Below, piece after piece: positions 19,243 to 28,964 of a stretch of 64,000 nucleotides of DNA. The notes below the pieces were generated by a model, which saw only the letters and a program-made list of their open reading frames with translations, had not been told where the DNA came from and did not search any database. Source of the DNA: Pontiella sp. (GTDB lineage: Bacteria > Verrucomicrobiota > Kiritimatiellia > Kiritimatiellales > Pontiellaceae); contig JBNKHE010000003.1 of the NCBI GenBank assembly GCA_050290185.1, positions 256,001 to 320,000 on the forward strand, in the 5' to 3' direction. The stretch's first letter is position 1; each line of letters begins with the position of its first letter. Both the position numbers and the translations under genes were made by a program.

Positions 19243-21483
19243 CTATTTTTTCCGGCTGAGGATGGGGTAGAAAACAAGCCGGGGGCAGAGGAAGACGGCC
19301 GCGAGTGTTATGGAAAGTCCGACGATTCCCTTAAGCGTTTCGGCTTGGATAAGGAATGGGATGATTATTGCTGAGCCCAGCAAAAGCCAAGTGGTTAGCA
19401 ATCCCTTGAGATGGCGTCCCATGATCTGCGGTACATTGAAGAAGAGATCGAAGGCCCAGTGTTCGAGCAATGCGCCGTGTTCGCCGAAGACGGGGATGAT
19501 ATGAACGATACTGGTGGCGCGGCGGCTGACAAGGAAGCGGGCCAGATGCGGATAGGTGGTGGTCATCTGCAGCGGGAAGGCGAGGTAGCCGATGTATTTT
19601 ACGAACGAGAGCGGGGCGGCCACGAGATAGTCGCGCCAGTTGCGTTCGCGGATCATCAGGAACACCACGTATAGGCCACGGCAAATGGAGCCCGGCGAAA
19701 TAGGGGTGACCTGGAACAGGGCGACTACCCCGGCAAACGCGAAAGAAGCATCACCCGTAGATCCCCCTTTGCTGATTACATAGGCCGCAACAAAAGCGCC
19801 GGTAATCACGCTGACAATCTGTGTGACGGGAATAGTACAGAAGTGAATGGCCATACTCTTGAGGTATTTGACGATGTAAGGTTCCTTGATGATGGAGACG
19901 ATATGATCGTGTTCCTCCTTGGAGAGCATGCCGTCCTTTTCACCTTCAGCGACCTGATCGAGGAACCACTTTTCACGGAATGCTTCGTCCTTGGCAAATC
20001 GGTAGATAAACTTAAAGAAGGCGACGGTGGCGTCCCAGGCGATGCGCGGCCGGATGCAGAAGCGGTGCAGCCCAATGGGCAGGATGCCGACAGTGAAGCG
20101 TTCGAGGAAGAAGAGCCCCGGATTTTCCATCAGACGACGGGTGCGGGTTTCGTCGGTGCGACCGATGCGGTGCCATCCAATAAGTTCGTGTGCGGCGCGG
20201 GCCTTGAGTGCGGTCTTGAAGTATCCGGGTTTCGTGAAGATACTCAGGATGTGCTGGCGGAACGCTTTGCTGCCCCAGCGCTGCCGGATCATCTTGCCCA
20301 GAAGCGGAACCGCACCCAACAGGTGGAAAAACGAGAAGGTTAAGCCGCCTTTGCGAAGTTTTTCGGCGAAGGCTTCATCGACCAGATCATCAGCGAGATA
20401 GCCTTCAACGAGACCGGCTACGATGTCCATCCGTAAGGCTTTGTCGAAGGCGGGGCGCAAGCCGTGGTGGGTGATGTCCCACAGCGAACGGCGGTAGGCA
20501 CGGTCCTGGATCTTGAGTTCATCGATCATCGGTTGCACGTCGGCAAAAACATCGGGGTGGGCGGCAACGTAGGCTTCCATTTTGGAAAGGTCGCAGCGGT
20601 CGAACTGGACAAGCGCGCCGCGTTTGAGGCCGTTGATGATCAGCTTGAAGTCGCCGGGGCTCATAGGGAGCCAGGGCAGCAGGGCGAGGCCGGCGCGGAA
20701 GTCGATGGCGCAAAGTCCGCCGTCTTCGGTGTCGGTCCGCTTCATGCAGTTGGGCTGGCTTTTCATCGTCGACCATTCATACTGGCGGGCGAATTCAGGC
20801 GCTCCCATTTCGTGCATGAGATCCACCATGTCTGCCATAAAGCGCCGTTTTTCGACAAACTCGAGGCTTTCCGTGGACTCAATGTCGACGTTTTTCCAGT
20901 CCTTGCGAGTCGAGATGTCGCGGTCGGCTTCGAGCTTCCACATGCGGCCTTCCACCCATTCGGTGATTTCACCATAGGCATTGAGGTTGGCATCCCAGAA
21001 GGAGGCGTAGGCATCTTTGACTGCGGTTTCGCGCCCGAATTTGACGAGTCCTGCGCGGCGAACGAGTTTTTGCCAGAGGAGGCCGGCCCGGCAGGCACCA
21101 TAGTTGACCTGCGAGCTGAACGGGCCTTGGAAGGCGAGCCAGTATGTAGTGTTTCGGAACCATCGTGAAAAGGCGCTGGGGGGAATAACGATCTTGATGG
21201 CGTAAAGTTTTCCAATCTCCAGCCCGGGGATGAATGTATTGTCCGGCAGATCGAGTCCCGTCAGTTTGCAACGGTAAACCTGTCCCGCAAAACCACCACC
21301 CAGAAATTTATCAATGGTCAACTCGGCTTTGCCGTGTATGGCTGGATAGACGCCGGTGATATCGATCGGCAGGACGGTGCCCGTCTCGTAGCGGGTCGGA
21401 CGGTGGGGAATGTGCAGTTGTGGATCATGGGCTTGTTGTTCAAGCTTTTTGCATAATTCGATTGAATAAATATTTTTTGCCAT
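19243..21483 (-). CDS. Uncharacterised protein with kinase-like N-terminal domain and C-terminal membrane domain
   Basis: 746-aa ORF with LGGGFAGQVY, YAIK, TEWVEG, QPN and IDF motifs plus several hydrophobic helices in the C-terminal third. Confidence 0.75.
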   Translation of the reverse strand: MAKNIYSIELCKKLEQQAHDPQLHIPHRPTRYETGTVLPIDITGVYPAIHGKAELTIDKFLGGGFAGQVYRCKLTGLDLPDNTFIPGLEIGKLYAIKIVIPPSAFSRWFRNTTYWLAFQGPFSSQVNYGACRAGLLWQKLVRRAGLVKFGRETAVKDAYASFWDANLNAYGEITEWVEGRMWKLEADRDISTRKDWKNVDIESTESLEFVEKRRFMADMVDLMHEMGAPEFARQYEWSTMKSQPNCMKRTDTEDGGLCAIDFRAGLALLPWLPMSPGDFKLIINGLKRGALVQFDRCDLSKMEAYVAAHPDVFADVQPMIDELKIQDRAYRRSLWDITHHGLRPAFDKALRMDIVAGLVEGYLADDLVDEAFAEKLRKGGLTFSFFHLLGAVPLLGKMIRQRWGSKAFRQHILSIFTKPGYFKTALKARAAHELIGWHRIGRTDETRTRRLMENPGLFFLERFTVGILPIGLHRFCIRPRIAWDATVAFFKFIYRFAKDEAFREKWFLDQVAEGEKDGMLSKEEHDHIVSIIKEPYIVKYLKSMAIHFCTIPVTQIVSVITGAFVAAYVISKGGSTGDASFAFAGVVALFQVTPISPGSICRGLYVVFLMIRERNWRDYLVAAPLSFVKYIGYLAFPLQMTTTYPHLARFLVSRRATSIVHIIPVFGEHGALLEHWAFDLFFNVPQIMGRHLKGLLTTWLLLGSAIIIPFLIQAETLKGIVGLSITLAAVFLCPRLVFYPILSRKK

Positions 21484-21607
21484 TGGTTCCCTGGGATCTA
21501 GCCGTTGAAAGAGCTGGGAGCTTGCCAAAACGACTATGGGAAAACAAACCCTATGAGGATCAAAAGGTTGGCTGCTGGAATGGCGGGCGATTCATTCATA
21601 AATTCAC

Positions 21608-21636
21608 TTGCGCACCTCCATGAGTTGAAGCATATT
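21608..21636 (+). promoter_or_regulatory. Sigma70-like promoter of rib operon
   Basis: TTGCGC-17-CATATT placed just before the riboswitch 5' end. Confidence 0.55.
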
Positions 21637-21642
21637 CCAGCG

Positions 21643-21761
21643 ATCTTCAGGGCAGGGTGAAATTCCCGACCGGCGGTAAAAGTCCGCGAGTTTTTCCGAT
21701 TCGGAAGGACACGATGCAGTGAAATTCTGCAACCGACAGTAAAGTCTGGATGAGAGAAGAT
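21643..21761 (+). promoter_or_regulatory. FMN riboswitch (RFN element)
   Basis: ATCTTCAGGGCAGGGTGAAATTCCCGACCGGCGGT...CCGACAGTAAAGTCTGGATGAGAGAAGAT upstream of ribBA. Confidence 0.96.
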
Positions 21762-21790
21762 GACTACACGCATTGCTGTGTTCGTAAAAT

Positions 21791-21827
21791 GCCCTGAAGA
21801 CGTATGTTCTTTAGGGTTTTTGTTTTT
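21791..21827 (+). terminator. Riboswitch-controlled intrinsic terminator
   Basis: Stem GCCCTGAAGA/TCTTTAGGGT followed by a U-rich tract; the 5' arm is complementary to the aptamer 5' strand. Confidence 0.8.
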
Positions 21828-21838
21828 CAGGAGCAGTT

Positions 21839-23044
21839 ATGAGCGAAAAAATATTCGATCCGATCGAGGATGTGATCGAAGCATTCCGCAAGGGTGAAAT
21901 CATCGTAATGACCGATGATGAACAGCGGGAAAACGAGGGTGATTTAATCTGCGCCGCGGAAAAGGCCACTCCCGAGATCATCAATTTCATGGTCACCTAT
22001 GCCCGCGGGCTGGTGTGCGTCCCCATGGAGGAAGACCAGCTTAGGCACCTTGGTTTGTCGCACATGGTACCGGCTCATTCCTCGGATAAATACCATACGG
22101 CATTCATGGATTCGGTCGATGTCCGCAAGGATACGACCACGGGAATCAGTGCCGCCGACCGGGCCCATACCGTGCAGGCATTAATTTCTGATTCCAGCGA
22201 AGCGGCCGATTTCATCAAGCCCGGCCACATGTTCCCTCTCAAAGCGGTACCCGGTGGTGTGCTCGAACGCGCCGGCCATACCGAGGGCACGGTTGATCTG
22301 GCCCGTATTTGCGGCCTCAAGCCCGCCGGGGTGATCTGCGAAATTCTGCGCGATGACGGCGATATGATGAGACTGGAGGAACTTCGTAAGTTTGCGGATA
22401 CGCATGGGCTTAAAATGACCGCTGTTTCCGAGGTTGCGAAATACCGCTACACCCACGAAAAGCTCATTCATTTGGAACGGGAAATCAGCATGCCGACGGA
22501 TGCCGGCCCGTTCCGGCTGAAACTCTACAGCTCTGCCGTGGATCAAAAAGATCATCTGGCTCTGGTCTGCGGTGATGCATCTACGGGAAAGGTTCCGCTT
22601 GTGCGCGTGCACAGCGAGTGCCTGACCGGTGATGTCTTCCATTCCATGCGGTGCGACTGTGGTGCCCAGCTGCACGCTGCCATGTTTGCTGTGCAAAAAC
22701 ATGGATATGGCGCGATCGTCTACATGCGGCAGGAGGGCCGTGGCATAGGGCTGGCTAAGAAGCTTCATGCCTACGAATTGCAGGAAAAGGGCATGGATAC
22801 CGTCGAAGCCAACGAGCATCTGGGCTTTGGCGCCGACCTGCGCGACTATGGAATCGGCGCCCAGATTCTGGAAGATCTCGGCATGATGAAGATCAACCTG
22901 CTTACCAATAATCCTGCCAAGATAGAAGGCCTCGACAAGTATGGCATCGAAATCAACGAGCGCATGCCTCTGGTACTCCCGCCGTCTGAACACAACGAAA
23001 ACTATCTGGCGACCAAGCGCGACAAGATGGGGCATATTATTTAA
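21839..23044 (+). CDS. ribBA: Bifunctional DHBP synthase / GTP cyclohydrolase II
   Basis: [47 protein letters not shown]. Confidence 0.95.
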   Translation: MSEKIFDPIEDVIEAFRKGEIIVMTDDEQRENEGDLICAAEKATPEIINFMVTYARGLVCVPMEEDQLRHLGLSHMVPAHSSDKYHTAFMDSVDVRKDTTTGISAADRAHTVQALISDSSEAADFIKPGHMFPLKAVPGGVLERAGHTEGTVDLARICGLKPAGVICEILRDDGDMMRLEELRKFADTHGLKMTAVSEVAKYRYTHEKLIHLEREISMPTDAGPFRLKLYSSAVDQKDHLALVCGDASTGKVPLVRVHSECLTGDVFHSMRCDCGAQLHAAMFAVQKHGYGAIVYMRQEGRGIGLAKKLHAYELQEKGMDTVEANEHLGFGADLRDYGIGAQILEDLGMMKINLLTNNPAKIEGLDKYGIEINERMPLVLPPSEHNENYLATKRDKMGHII

Positions 23045-23048
23045 TGAC

Positions 23049-23094
23049 AAGTGATTCGTGATAAGGCGTGCTTCACGTTTCAAGCGTCACGAAC
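23049..23094. repeat. Degenerate inverted heptamer repeats
   Basis: AAGTGAT TCGTGAT ... CTTCACG TTTCAAG CGTCACG; TTCGTGA pairs with TCACGAA. Confidence 0.4.
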
Positions 23095-23104
23095 GGAGTG
23101 AATT

Positions 23105-23614
23105 ATGGGAAAAGGAATTTCCAGCGAGATCGGAAAGATCGGGGGCATTGGGGCGCGGCAGGTTACGGGATCGCTGGACGCATCGGGGATGCGTTTCGGA
23201 ATCGTGGTCAGCCGCTTCAACGATGAGTTGACCAATGTGCTTGCGATGAGTGCCTGCCAGTGCCTTGAAAAGTACGGCGCCAGTCCGGAAACCATCGATC
23301 TTGTTCGTGTTCCGGGGGCTTACGAAATCCCCGTGGTGGCCGATAAAATGGCGGCGAGCAAACGCTATGATGCTTTGATTGTGCTAGGGGTGGTCGTCGA
23401 GGGCGAAACCCAGCATGCGCAGATGATCATCGACACCACCGGACAGAGTATACTGGATATCGCCTGCCGCCATCAGATTCCGGTCATTAATGAAATTGTG
23501 GGGGTGCGCAGCTGGGCTCAGGCCGAGGCGCGTTGTCTGGGCGGGGAAAATACACGCGGCTGGTATGCCGCCGAGGCGGCTATTGAAACCGCACGGGTAT
23601 ACAAACAACTCTAA
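23105..23614 (+). CDS. ribH: 6,7-dimethyl-8-ribityllumazine synthase
   Basis: IVVSRFN, VPGAYEIP, GETQH motifs; position in the rib operon. Confidence 0.9.
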   Translation: MGKGISSEIGKIGGIGARQVTGSLDASGMRFGIVVSRFNDELTNVLAMSACQCLEKYGASPETIDLVRVPGAYEIPVVADKMAASKRYDALIVLGVVVEGETQHAQMIIDTTGQSILDIACRHQIPVINEIVGVRSWAQAEARCLGGENTRGWYAAEAAIETARVYKQL

Positions 23615-23647
23615 CCATTTAGATTTTTGAATTCCGGTTTCCGGTTC

Positions 23648-23676
23648 TTGGGTCTGCGACAACGTTCGTATAGCGT
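23648..23676 (+). promoter_or_regulatory. Possible internal promoter upstream of nusB
   Basis: TTGGGT-17-TAGCGT in the 101-nt ribH-nusB spacer; the same -10 hexamer occurs in the thiC promoter candidate. Confidence 0.4.
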
Positions 23677-23715
23677 GCAGGAATTGGATGTAGGATTTCC
23701 TCAATTGGATTATTT

Positions 23716-24174
23716 ATGCAGAAGAAAAAAGTCAACGGACGTCGCGAAACACGTGAATGGATCATGCAGTTTCTGTTTCAGCTCGATTTCAATCCCGAGC
23801 CGATCGATATCGCTCTGAAGGATTTCTGGGAAGAGAAGGATCCCAGCGATCGCGAAAAGAACTACGCCGAAGAAATTATCAAGGGCGTGGTACAGCATAA
23901 GCAAGAACTGGATGAGCGGCTCTCGGAATATGCCAACCGCTGGAACTCCGACCGCATGGGGGCCGTTGACCGCGCCGTGATGCGCGTGGCCTTGTTTGAG
24001 ATGCTCTATCGCGAGGATGTTCCGCCCGTGGTGTCGATCAACGAGGCCGTCCATTTCGCCAAGGATTTCAGCAGCTTCCAGTCCGGCCGATTCGTTAATG
24101 GTGTACTGGACCGCATCCGCAAGGAAATCGACCGCCCGGCGCGTACTACCTACAAACCCAAGGGACAGAACTAA
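23716..24174 (+). CDS. nusB: Transcription antitermination factor NusB
   Basis: RRETRE..MQFLFQ, DRAVMRVA.FE, VSINEAV..AK.F, FVNGVLD. Confidence 0.95.
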   Translation: MQKKKVNGRRETREWIMQFLFQLDFNPEPIDIALKDFWEEKDPSDREKNYAEEIIKGVVQHKQELDERLSEYANRWNSDRMGAVDRAVMRVALFEMLYREDVPPVVSINEAVHFAKDFSSFQSGRFVNGVLDRIRKEIDRPARTTYKPKGQN

Positions 24175-25076
24175 TGGCGGGTTGGTTTGGCGCTCTGTCT
24201 AAAACGCGGAGTATTCTGCAGAAGGTGTTTTCTTCTGGTGTGGGAGATGCCGGTGAACTCGATGTCGAGGAGTTGGAGGAAATCCTGCTGCGGTCGGATG
24301 TGCCGGCACGTCTGACCATGGAGATTGTCGACAAGCTGGAATCGGCATCGCGTAAAGTATCGCGCAAGGATCTTCTCCGGGATTTGCTGACGGATGCCCT
24401 GGGCGAAGCCCAACCGTTTGTTTGGCCGGCGGGCAAGGATCCCTATGTCGTCATGCTGCTGGGCGTCAACGGATCAGGGAAAACGACGACCGCGGCCAAG
24501 CTTGCCAAAAAAGCTTTAGGCGAAGGACTCAAGCCTTTGCTCTGTGGATCCGACACCTTTCGTGCCGCCGGCTCGTCCCAGCTCAAACTGTGGAGCGAAC
24601 GGGTCGGGTGCGATTTTGTCGGCGGCGAAATGGGCCACGATGCCGCGGGCGTTGCGTTCAACGCCGTCGATTCCGCCCTCGAAAAGAATTGTGGCGTGGT
24701 ATTGGTCGACACCGCCGGGCGAATGCACACCAAAACACCGCTGATGGATGAATTGCCGAAGATGTGCCGCTCCATGAACAAGTGTTTACAGGGCGCACCA
24801 CATGATGTCTGGATGGTGCTTGATGCTTCCCTCGGCCAGAATGCCATCATTCAGGCCAAGCAGTTTAATGCGGTTGTGCCGCTGACCGGAATTGTCGTTA
24901 CCAAACTAGACGGTTCCTCCAAAGCCGGGTTTCTTTTTTCCGTGAGATCCGAACTCAATGTGCCGATCCTGTTCACCGGCCTCGGCGAAGGTGAAGACGA
25001 CCTTGTTCCCTTCAATGCCGGTCAATTTGTCGATGCGCTTGTTGGGGATGACGCCGGGGTGGACGAAACACGCTGA
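24174..25076 (+). CDS. ftsY: Signal recognition particle receptor FtsY (short, no acidic domain)
   Basis: GVNGSGKTTT, DTFRAA, DTAGR, TKLDGSSKAG, GLGE..DDL. Confidence 0.94.
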   Translation: MAGWFGALSKTRSILQKVFSSGVGDAGELDVEELEEILLRSDVPARLTMEIVDKLESASRKVSRKDLLRDLLTDALGEAQPFVWPAGKDPYVVMLLGVNGSGKTTTAAKLAKKALGEGLKPLLCGSDTFRAAGSSQLKLWSERVGCDFVGGEMGHDAAGVAFNAVDSALEKNCGVVLVDTAGRMHTKTPLMDELPKMCRSMNKCLQGAPHDVWMVLDASLGQNAIIQAKQFNAVVPLTGIVVTKLDGSSKAGFLFSVRSELNVPILFTGLGEGEDDLVPFNAGQFVDALVGDDAGVDETR

Positions 25077-25091
25077 TTCGACCTATTTAAA

Positions 25092-26102
25092 ATGACGAAC
25101 GATGAACAATACATGTTGCGGGCGATTGAGCTGGCGAAGCTGGGTGAGGGCCTGACCCGTCCGAATCCGCCCGTCGGTGCTGTGCTGGTATTGGAAGATC
25201 ACGTCGTAGCCGAAGGATGGCACCACAAGGCCGGAGAGGCCCATGCCGAGCGGGATTGCCTTCGCAAGCTGCCGCCTATCGCCGCTTCGCTGAAGAATGC
25301 GACACTTTATGTGACGCTGGAACCCTGTTCCACGCATGGCCGCACGCCGCCGTGCACGGATCTGATTATGGAGAAGGGTATTGGACGCGTGGTGGTCGCT
25401 GCTATGGATCTGAATCCCAAACACGCAGGCCGGGGGCTGGAGATCCTTAAGGCGGCCGGTGTTGAAGTGGTTTCCGGGGTGTGCGCAACGCAAGGACGCG
25501 AACTGATCGCCCCGTTTGAAAAGTTCGTTACGACCGGTATGCCTTATGTAACGCTGAAACTGGCGTCAACCCTGGATGGCAGAATTGCCGACAGCGAAGG
25601 CGACTCGAAATGGATAACAGGTGCCGAATCCCGCGAGCGCGTCCAGGAAATGCGGCGCCAGGCGGATGCCATCATGGTGGGCGCGGCGACCGTGCGCGCA
25701 GATGATCCTTCATTACTGCCGCGTCCTGCCGAGGGCCGAAACCCTTGGCGCGTCGTGGTTGGAAGAAATGTTCCCGCCGAGGCGAAGGTGCTGACGGATG
25801 AAGCCGCGGACCGCACTCTTGTGCGGGAAGGCTCTCTGAAGGAAATTCTGAAAGATCTGGCCGAAAACCACGATGTGATGCACGTGCTTTGCGAGGGTGG
25901 CGGTAAAATGGCTTCCGGTTTGGTCGAAGAGGGCCTTGTTGATGAGTTTGCCTTCTTCATCGCTCCGAAGCTGATGGGGGCGGATGGCCTGCCGAACTTC
26001 GGGAAGGTCGGCGGTCTGATCGGTCATATCACTAATTTGAAATTCGCCTCGGTCGAAACGGTCGGCGAGGATGTATTGATTAAAGCAAAACCGGAGGGAT
26101 AG
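25092..26102 (+). CDS. ribD: Riboflavin biosynthesis deaminase/reductase
   Basis: NPPVGA, HAE, TLEPCSTHGRTPPC, SKWIT, EGGG motifs. Confidence 0.94.
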   Translation: MTNDEQYMLRAIELAKLGEGLTRPNPPVGAVLVLEDHVVAEGWHHKAGEAHAERDCLRKLPPIAASLKNATLYVTLEPCSTHGRTPPCTDLIMEKGIGRVVVAAMDLNPKHAGRGLEILKAAGVEVVSGVCATQGRELIAPFEKFVTTGMPYVTLKLASTLDGRIADSEGDSKWITGAESRERVQEMRRQADAIMVGAATVRADDPSLLPRPAEGRNPWRVVVGRNVPAEAKVLTDEAADRTLVREGSLKEILKDLAENHDVMHVLCEGGGKMASGLVEEGLVDEFAFFIAPKLMGADGLPNFGKVGGLIGHITNLKFASVETVGEDVLIKAKPEG

Positions 26103-26104
26103 GG

Positions 26105-26731
26105 ATGTTTACAGGAATTGTTCAACGACTCGGCCATATTGTGGATATCAAGATGGAAGGTACCGCGGGGCGCATTACAATGCTCCCGAACCGGCCGTTT
26201 GACCGACCCGTGAATCTGGGCGACAGCATTGCAGTGAACGGAACCTGCCTTACCGTTGCGGCAACAGACGGCGACAAGCTGATGTTTGATGTGCTTGGCG
26301 AAACCTTCGATAAAACCAATCTTGGCGACAAGACGCCCGGTGATGTGGTGAATCTCGAACAGGCGCTGGCTCTTGGCGATACGCTGGGCGGGCATATTGT
26401 GACCGGCCATGTCGACAACACCGGCACCGTTGCCAAGGTCGAACAGGTCGGCCGCGATTGGAAGTTTACCATCGAATGCTCGCGCGACATGCTGATGCTG
26501 ATGGTCTACAAAGGATCCATCGCGATCGACGGAATCTCGCTGACCGTCGCCGAGCTGGTCGATAACGGCTTCATCGTCCACATCATTCCGCACACTATCC
26601 AGGAGACCGATATGTCGGAATTCAAGGTCGGTACGAAGGTTAATCTTGAAGCCGACATTCTCGGTAAGCACGTCCAGCGCATTCTCGAATTCGGCGGTGG
26701 CCAGGACTATCGACTCAACCTGAACGGATAG
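26105..26731 (+). CDS. ribE: Riboflavin synthase (alpha chain)
   Basis: MFTGIV start, GDSIAVNGTCLT, VNLE, GGHIVTGHVD, KGSIAIDGISLT. Confidence 0.95.
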   Translation: MFTGIVQRLGHIVDIKMEGTAGRITMLPNRPFDRPVNLGDSIAVNGTCLTVAATDGDKLMFDVLGETFDKTNLGDKTPGDVVNLEQALALGDTLGGHIVTGHVDNTGTVAKVEQVGRDWKFTIECSRDMLMLMVYKGSIAIDGISLTVAELVDNGFIVHIIPHTIQETDMSEFKVGTKVNLEADILGKHVQRILEFGGGQDYRLNLNG

Positions 26732-26734
26732 ACT

Positions 26735-27487
26735 ATGCGTTTTCTTTTTGTCAGTCTGTTAGCGATGTCCATGATATGCGGTTGCCGGTCGACTACACCT
26801 GTTCAACCGCCTGGGCCACGGGAGAAGCAACTCTTTCTGGTAATCGACGATGCCGGGCTGGCGCTGGAGGAAACCCGGCAGTATCTTGATATTCCGGTAC
26901 CCATGACGATTGCGGTGCTACCGCATCTGAAGGACACGGTTCTGGTTTGCAAGGAAATCAATCGCCACAGGGATAAGGAAATCATTCTCCATCAACCGAT
27001 GGAAGCCCAGGATCCGACTAAGAAAACAGGGGACGGCGCAATTCTGAGTTCCACGCGGCCTACCCAGGTTGCTGCCATTCTTGATTGGAACCTGTCGTCG
27101 GTTCGAGGGGCCGTTGGCATGAACAACCATATGGGTTCCAGGATCACAGAAAATCCGGTATTGATGCGTGAAGTATTGCGTTATTGCAAAGCCAACGGCC
27201 TTCTCTTTCTGGACAGCAAAACAGCGTACAACTCGGTTGTGCCGCTCGTCGCCCGGCAGGAGCATGTGCACCTCGAACAGCGCGACAGTTTTCTCGACAT
27301 CGAACATGACCGCGAATACATCCGTCGCATGTGGTCGCAAGCCGTGGCGAAGGCCCAAAAAAACGGATACGTGATTGTGATTGGTCATGCGTGGTCGCCG
27401 GAGACGGCCGCAGCCATTCGCGATAGCTATGAAACACTCCTGAACCAAGGGTATACCTTTCACCGGCTTTCGGAACTGTATCCATGA
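26735..27487 (+). CDS. Divergent polysaccharide deacetylase family lipoprotein
   Basis: VIDDAG, HQPME, GMNNHMGS, FLDSKT, VIGH; ICG-C lipobox-like signal. Confidence 0.85.
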   Translation: MRFLFVSLLAMSMICGCRSTTPVQPPGPREKQLFLVIDDAGLALEETRQYLDIPVPMTIAVLPHLKDTVLVCKEINRHRDKEIILHQPMEAQDPTKKTGDGAILSSTRPTQVAAILDWNLSSVRGAVGMNNHMGSRITENPVLMREVLRYCKANGLLFLDSKTAYNSVVPLVARQEHVHLEQRDSFLDIEHDREYIRRMWSQAVAKAQKNGYVIVIGHAWSPETAAAIRDSYETLLNQGYTFHRLSELYP

Positions 27488-28347
27488 AGGCGAAACCCAT
27501 ACTAAACCGATCCGTGCTGGTTACCGGATGTTCGTCGGGAATCGGCCTGGCCACGGCAGAGCTGTTGCGGTCCAAAGGTTGGACGGTATTCCCGACGGCC
27601 CGCAAGGTCGAGGATCTGGATATGCTCGAAGCAAAGGGGTTCACGGCCATCCAACTGGATGTGGCCTCGAGTGTTTCGATCGAGGCGGCAGTCGACCAGG
27701 TGCTTTTTACCAACGATGGTCAGCTCGGTGCGGTAGTGAATAATGCCGGCTTCGGTATGCCGGGCGCGATTCAGGATCTGAGCCGCGACGCGATGCGGAA
27801 TCAGTTTGAAATCAACCTGTTTGGATTGCAGGAGCTGACCAACCGGTTGATTCCTGTTTTCCGTAATCAAGGTTGCGGTCGTATCGTAAATATCAGTTCG
27901 GTGGTGGGCCGGATTGCGCTGCCGTTTATGGGTATCTATTCGGCCTCCAAGTTTGCCCTCGAAGCGGTCAGCGACGCCCAGCGCATTGAGCTTTTGCCAG
28001 ATTCCATCAGCGTGTCTATTGTCGAACCCGGACCTATCCGCACTCGTTTTTCAACCAACTGCGCCGGCCAAGGCGAAAAGGGGCTTGATGCGGGTAATTC
28101 GCGGTTTGGTTCAGCGTACAAGCAGTATTTCAAGAAGCGCCGTGACGGCGGAATGTCGGAAGACCGTTTTCGCCTGCCGCCGGAAGCCGTAGCTAAAAAG
28201 ATTCTGCATGCCCTGGAATCGCCACGCCCAAAGATTCGCTATTGTGTAACCATTCCGGCTTATCTTGGCAGCTGGGCCGCACATTTTGTTCCGGCAGGCC
28301 TGATCGACCGCCAGATGATCGGCCATGTGAAAAAACGCTTCGGCTGA
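27484..28347 (+). CDS. Short-chain dehydrogenase/reductase
   Basis: TGCSSGIG, NNAG, YSASK, EPGPI. Confidence 0.9.
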   Translation: MKAKPILNRSVLVTGCSSGIGLATAELLRSKGWTVFPTARKVEDLDMLEAKGFTAIQLDVASSVSIEAAVDQVLFTNDGQLGAVVNNAGFGMPGAIQDLSRDAMRNQFEINLFGLQELTNRLIPVFRNQGCGRIVNISSVVGRIALPFMGIYSASKFALEAVSDAQRIELLPDSISVSIVEPGPIRTRFSTNCAGQGEKGLDAGNSRFGSAYKQYFKKRRDGGMSEDRFRLPPEAVAKKILHALESPRPKIRYCVTIPAYLGSWAAHFVPAGLIDRQMIGHVKKRFG

Positions 28348-28412
28348 ACACAGGCTTGGATTTGCACGGTTTATGCTTACAATGTCTCCAGTTCAACAGG
28401 AGCTTGTATCCG

Positions 28413-28964
28413 ATGAAATACATCTGTGCGCTTATAGCATCCGTCGCCTTGCTTTCCGGTTGTTCCGTTGTATCGGTCAGCCGCGACTACGACCCTTCCG
28501 CTGATTTTTCCTCGCTGAGCACCTATGCATGGAAATACGAAAAACAGCCTGTGACGGGCAATCCACGCATCGATAACGATCTGGTGGACCAGCGAGTCCG
28601 CGCGGCTGTCGATGCTGAGCTGGAAGCCAAGGGATTTGAGCGCGCCGAAAGGTCCAATGCTGATTGTCTGGTCGCATACTTCATCGAATACAAACGTCGG
28701 ATCAGCGGTAATACCTGGGTGTTCGGTCTTGGATCAGGCATGTATGACGGCTATGGCGGCATCGGTTACAACACCGCCATATCCGACTATGACGAGGGGT
28801 TCCTGACCATTGATGTCATTGACCGACCGCTCGATAAAACCATCTGGCGCGGTGTCGGCCAGCGAGCCACGTATGAAGCAGAAGATCCCGGCAGGGTCAC
28901 GGAAATCATCGGCAAGGCCGTTTCGCGGATTCTTGCCGACTTTCCACCGAAGGGGCGGAAATAA
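28413..28964 (+). CDS. DUF4136-like lipoprotein
   Basis: LLSG-C lipobox; DYDP.ADF...TY.W, EG.LTIDVID....IWRG pattern; AGGAG RBS and TTGGAT-16-TACAAT upstream. Confidence 0.8.
   Translation: MKYICALIASVALLSGCSVVSVSRDYDPSADFSSLSTYAWKYEKQPVTGNPRIDNDLVDQRVRAAVDAELEAKGFERAERSNADCLVAYFIEYKRRISGNTWVFGLGSGMYDGYGGIGYNTAISDYDEGFLTIDVIDRPLDKTIWRGVGQRATYEAEDPGRVTEIIGKAVSRILADFPPKGRK

Noticed and set aside
22181..23083. 300-aa minus-strand ORF
   Set aside because: Antisense shadow of ribBA.
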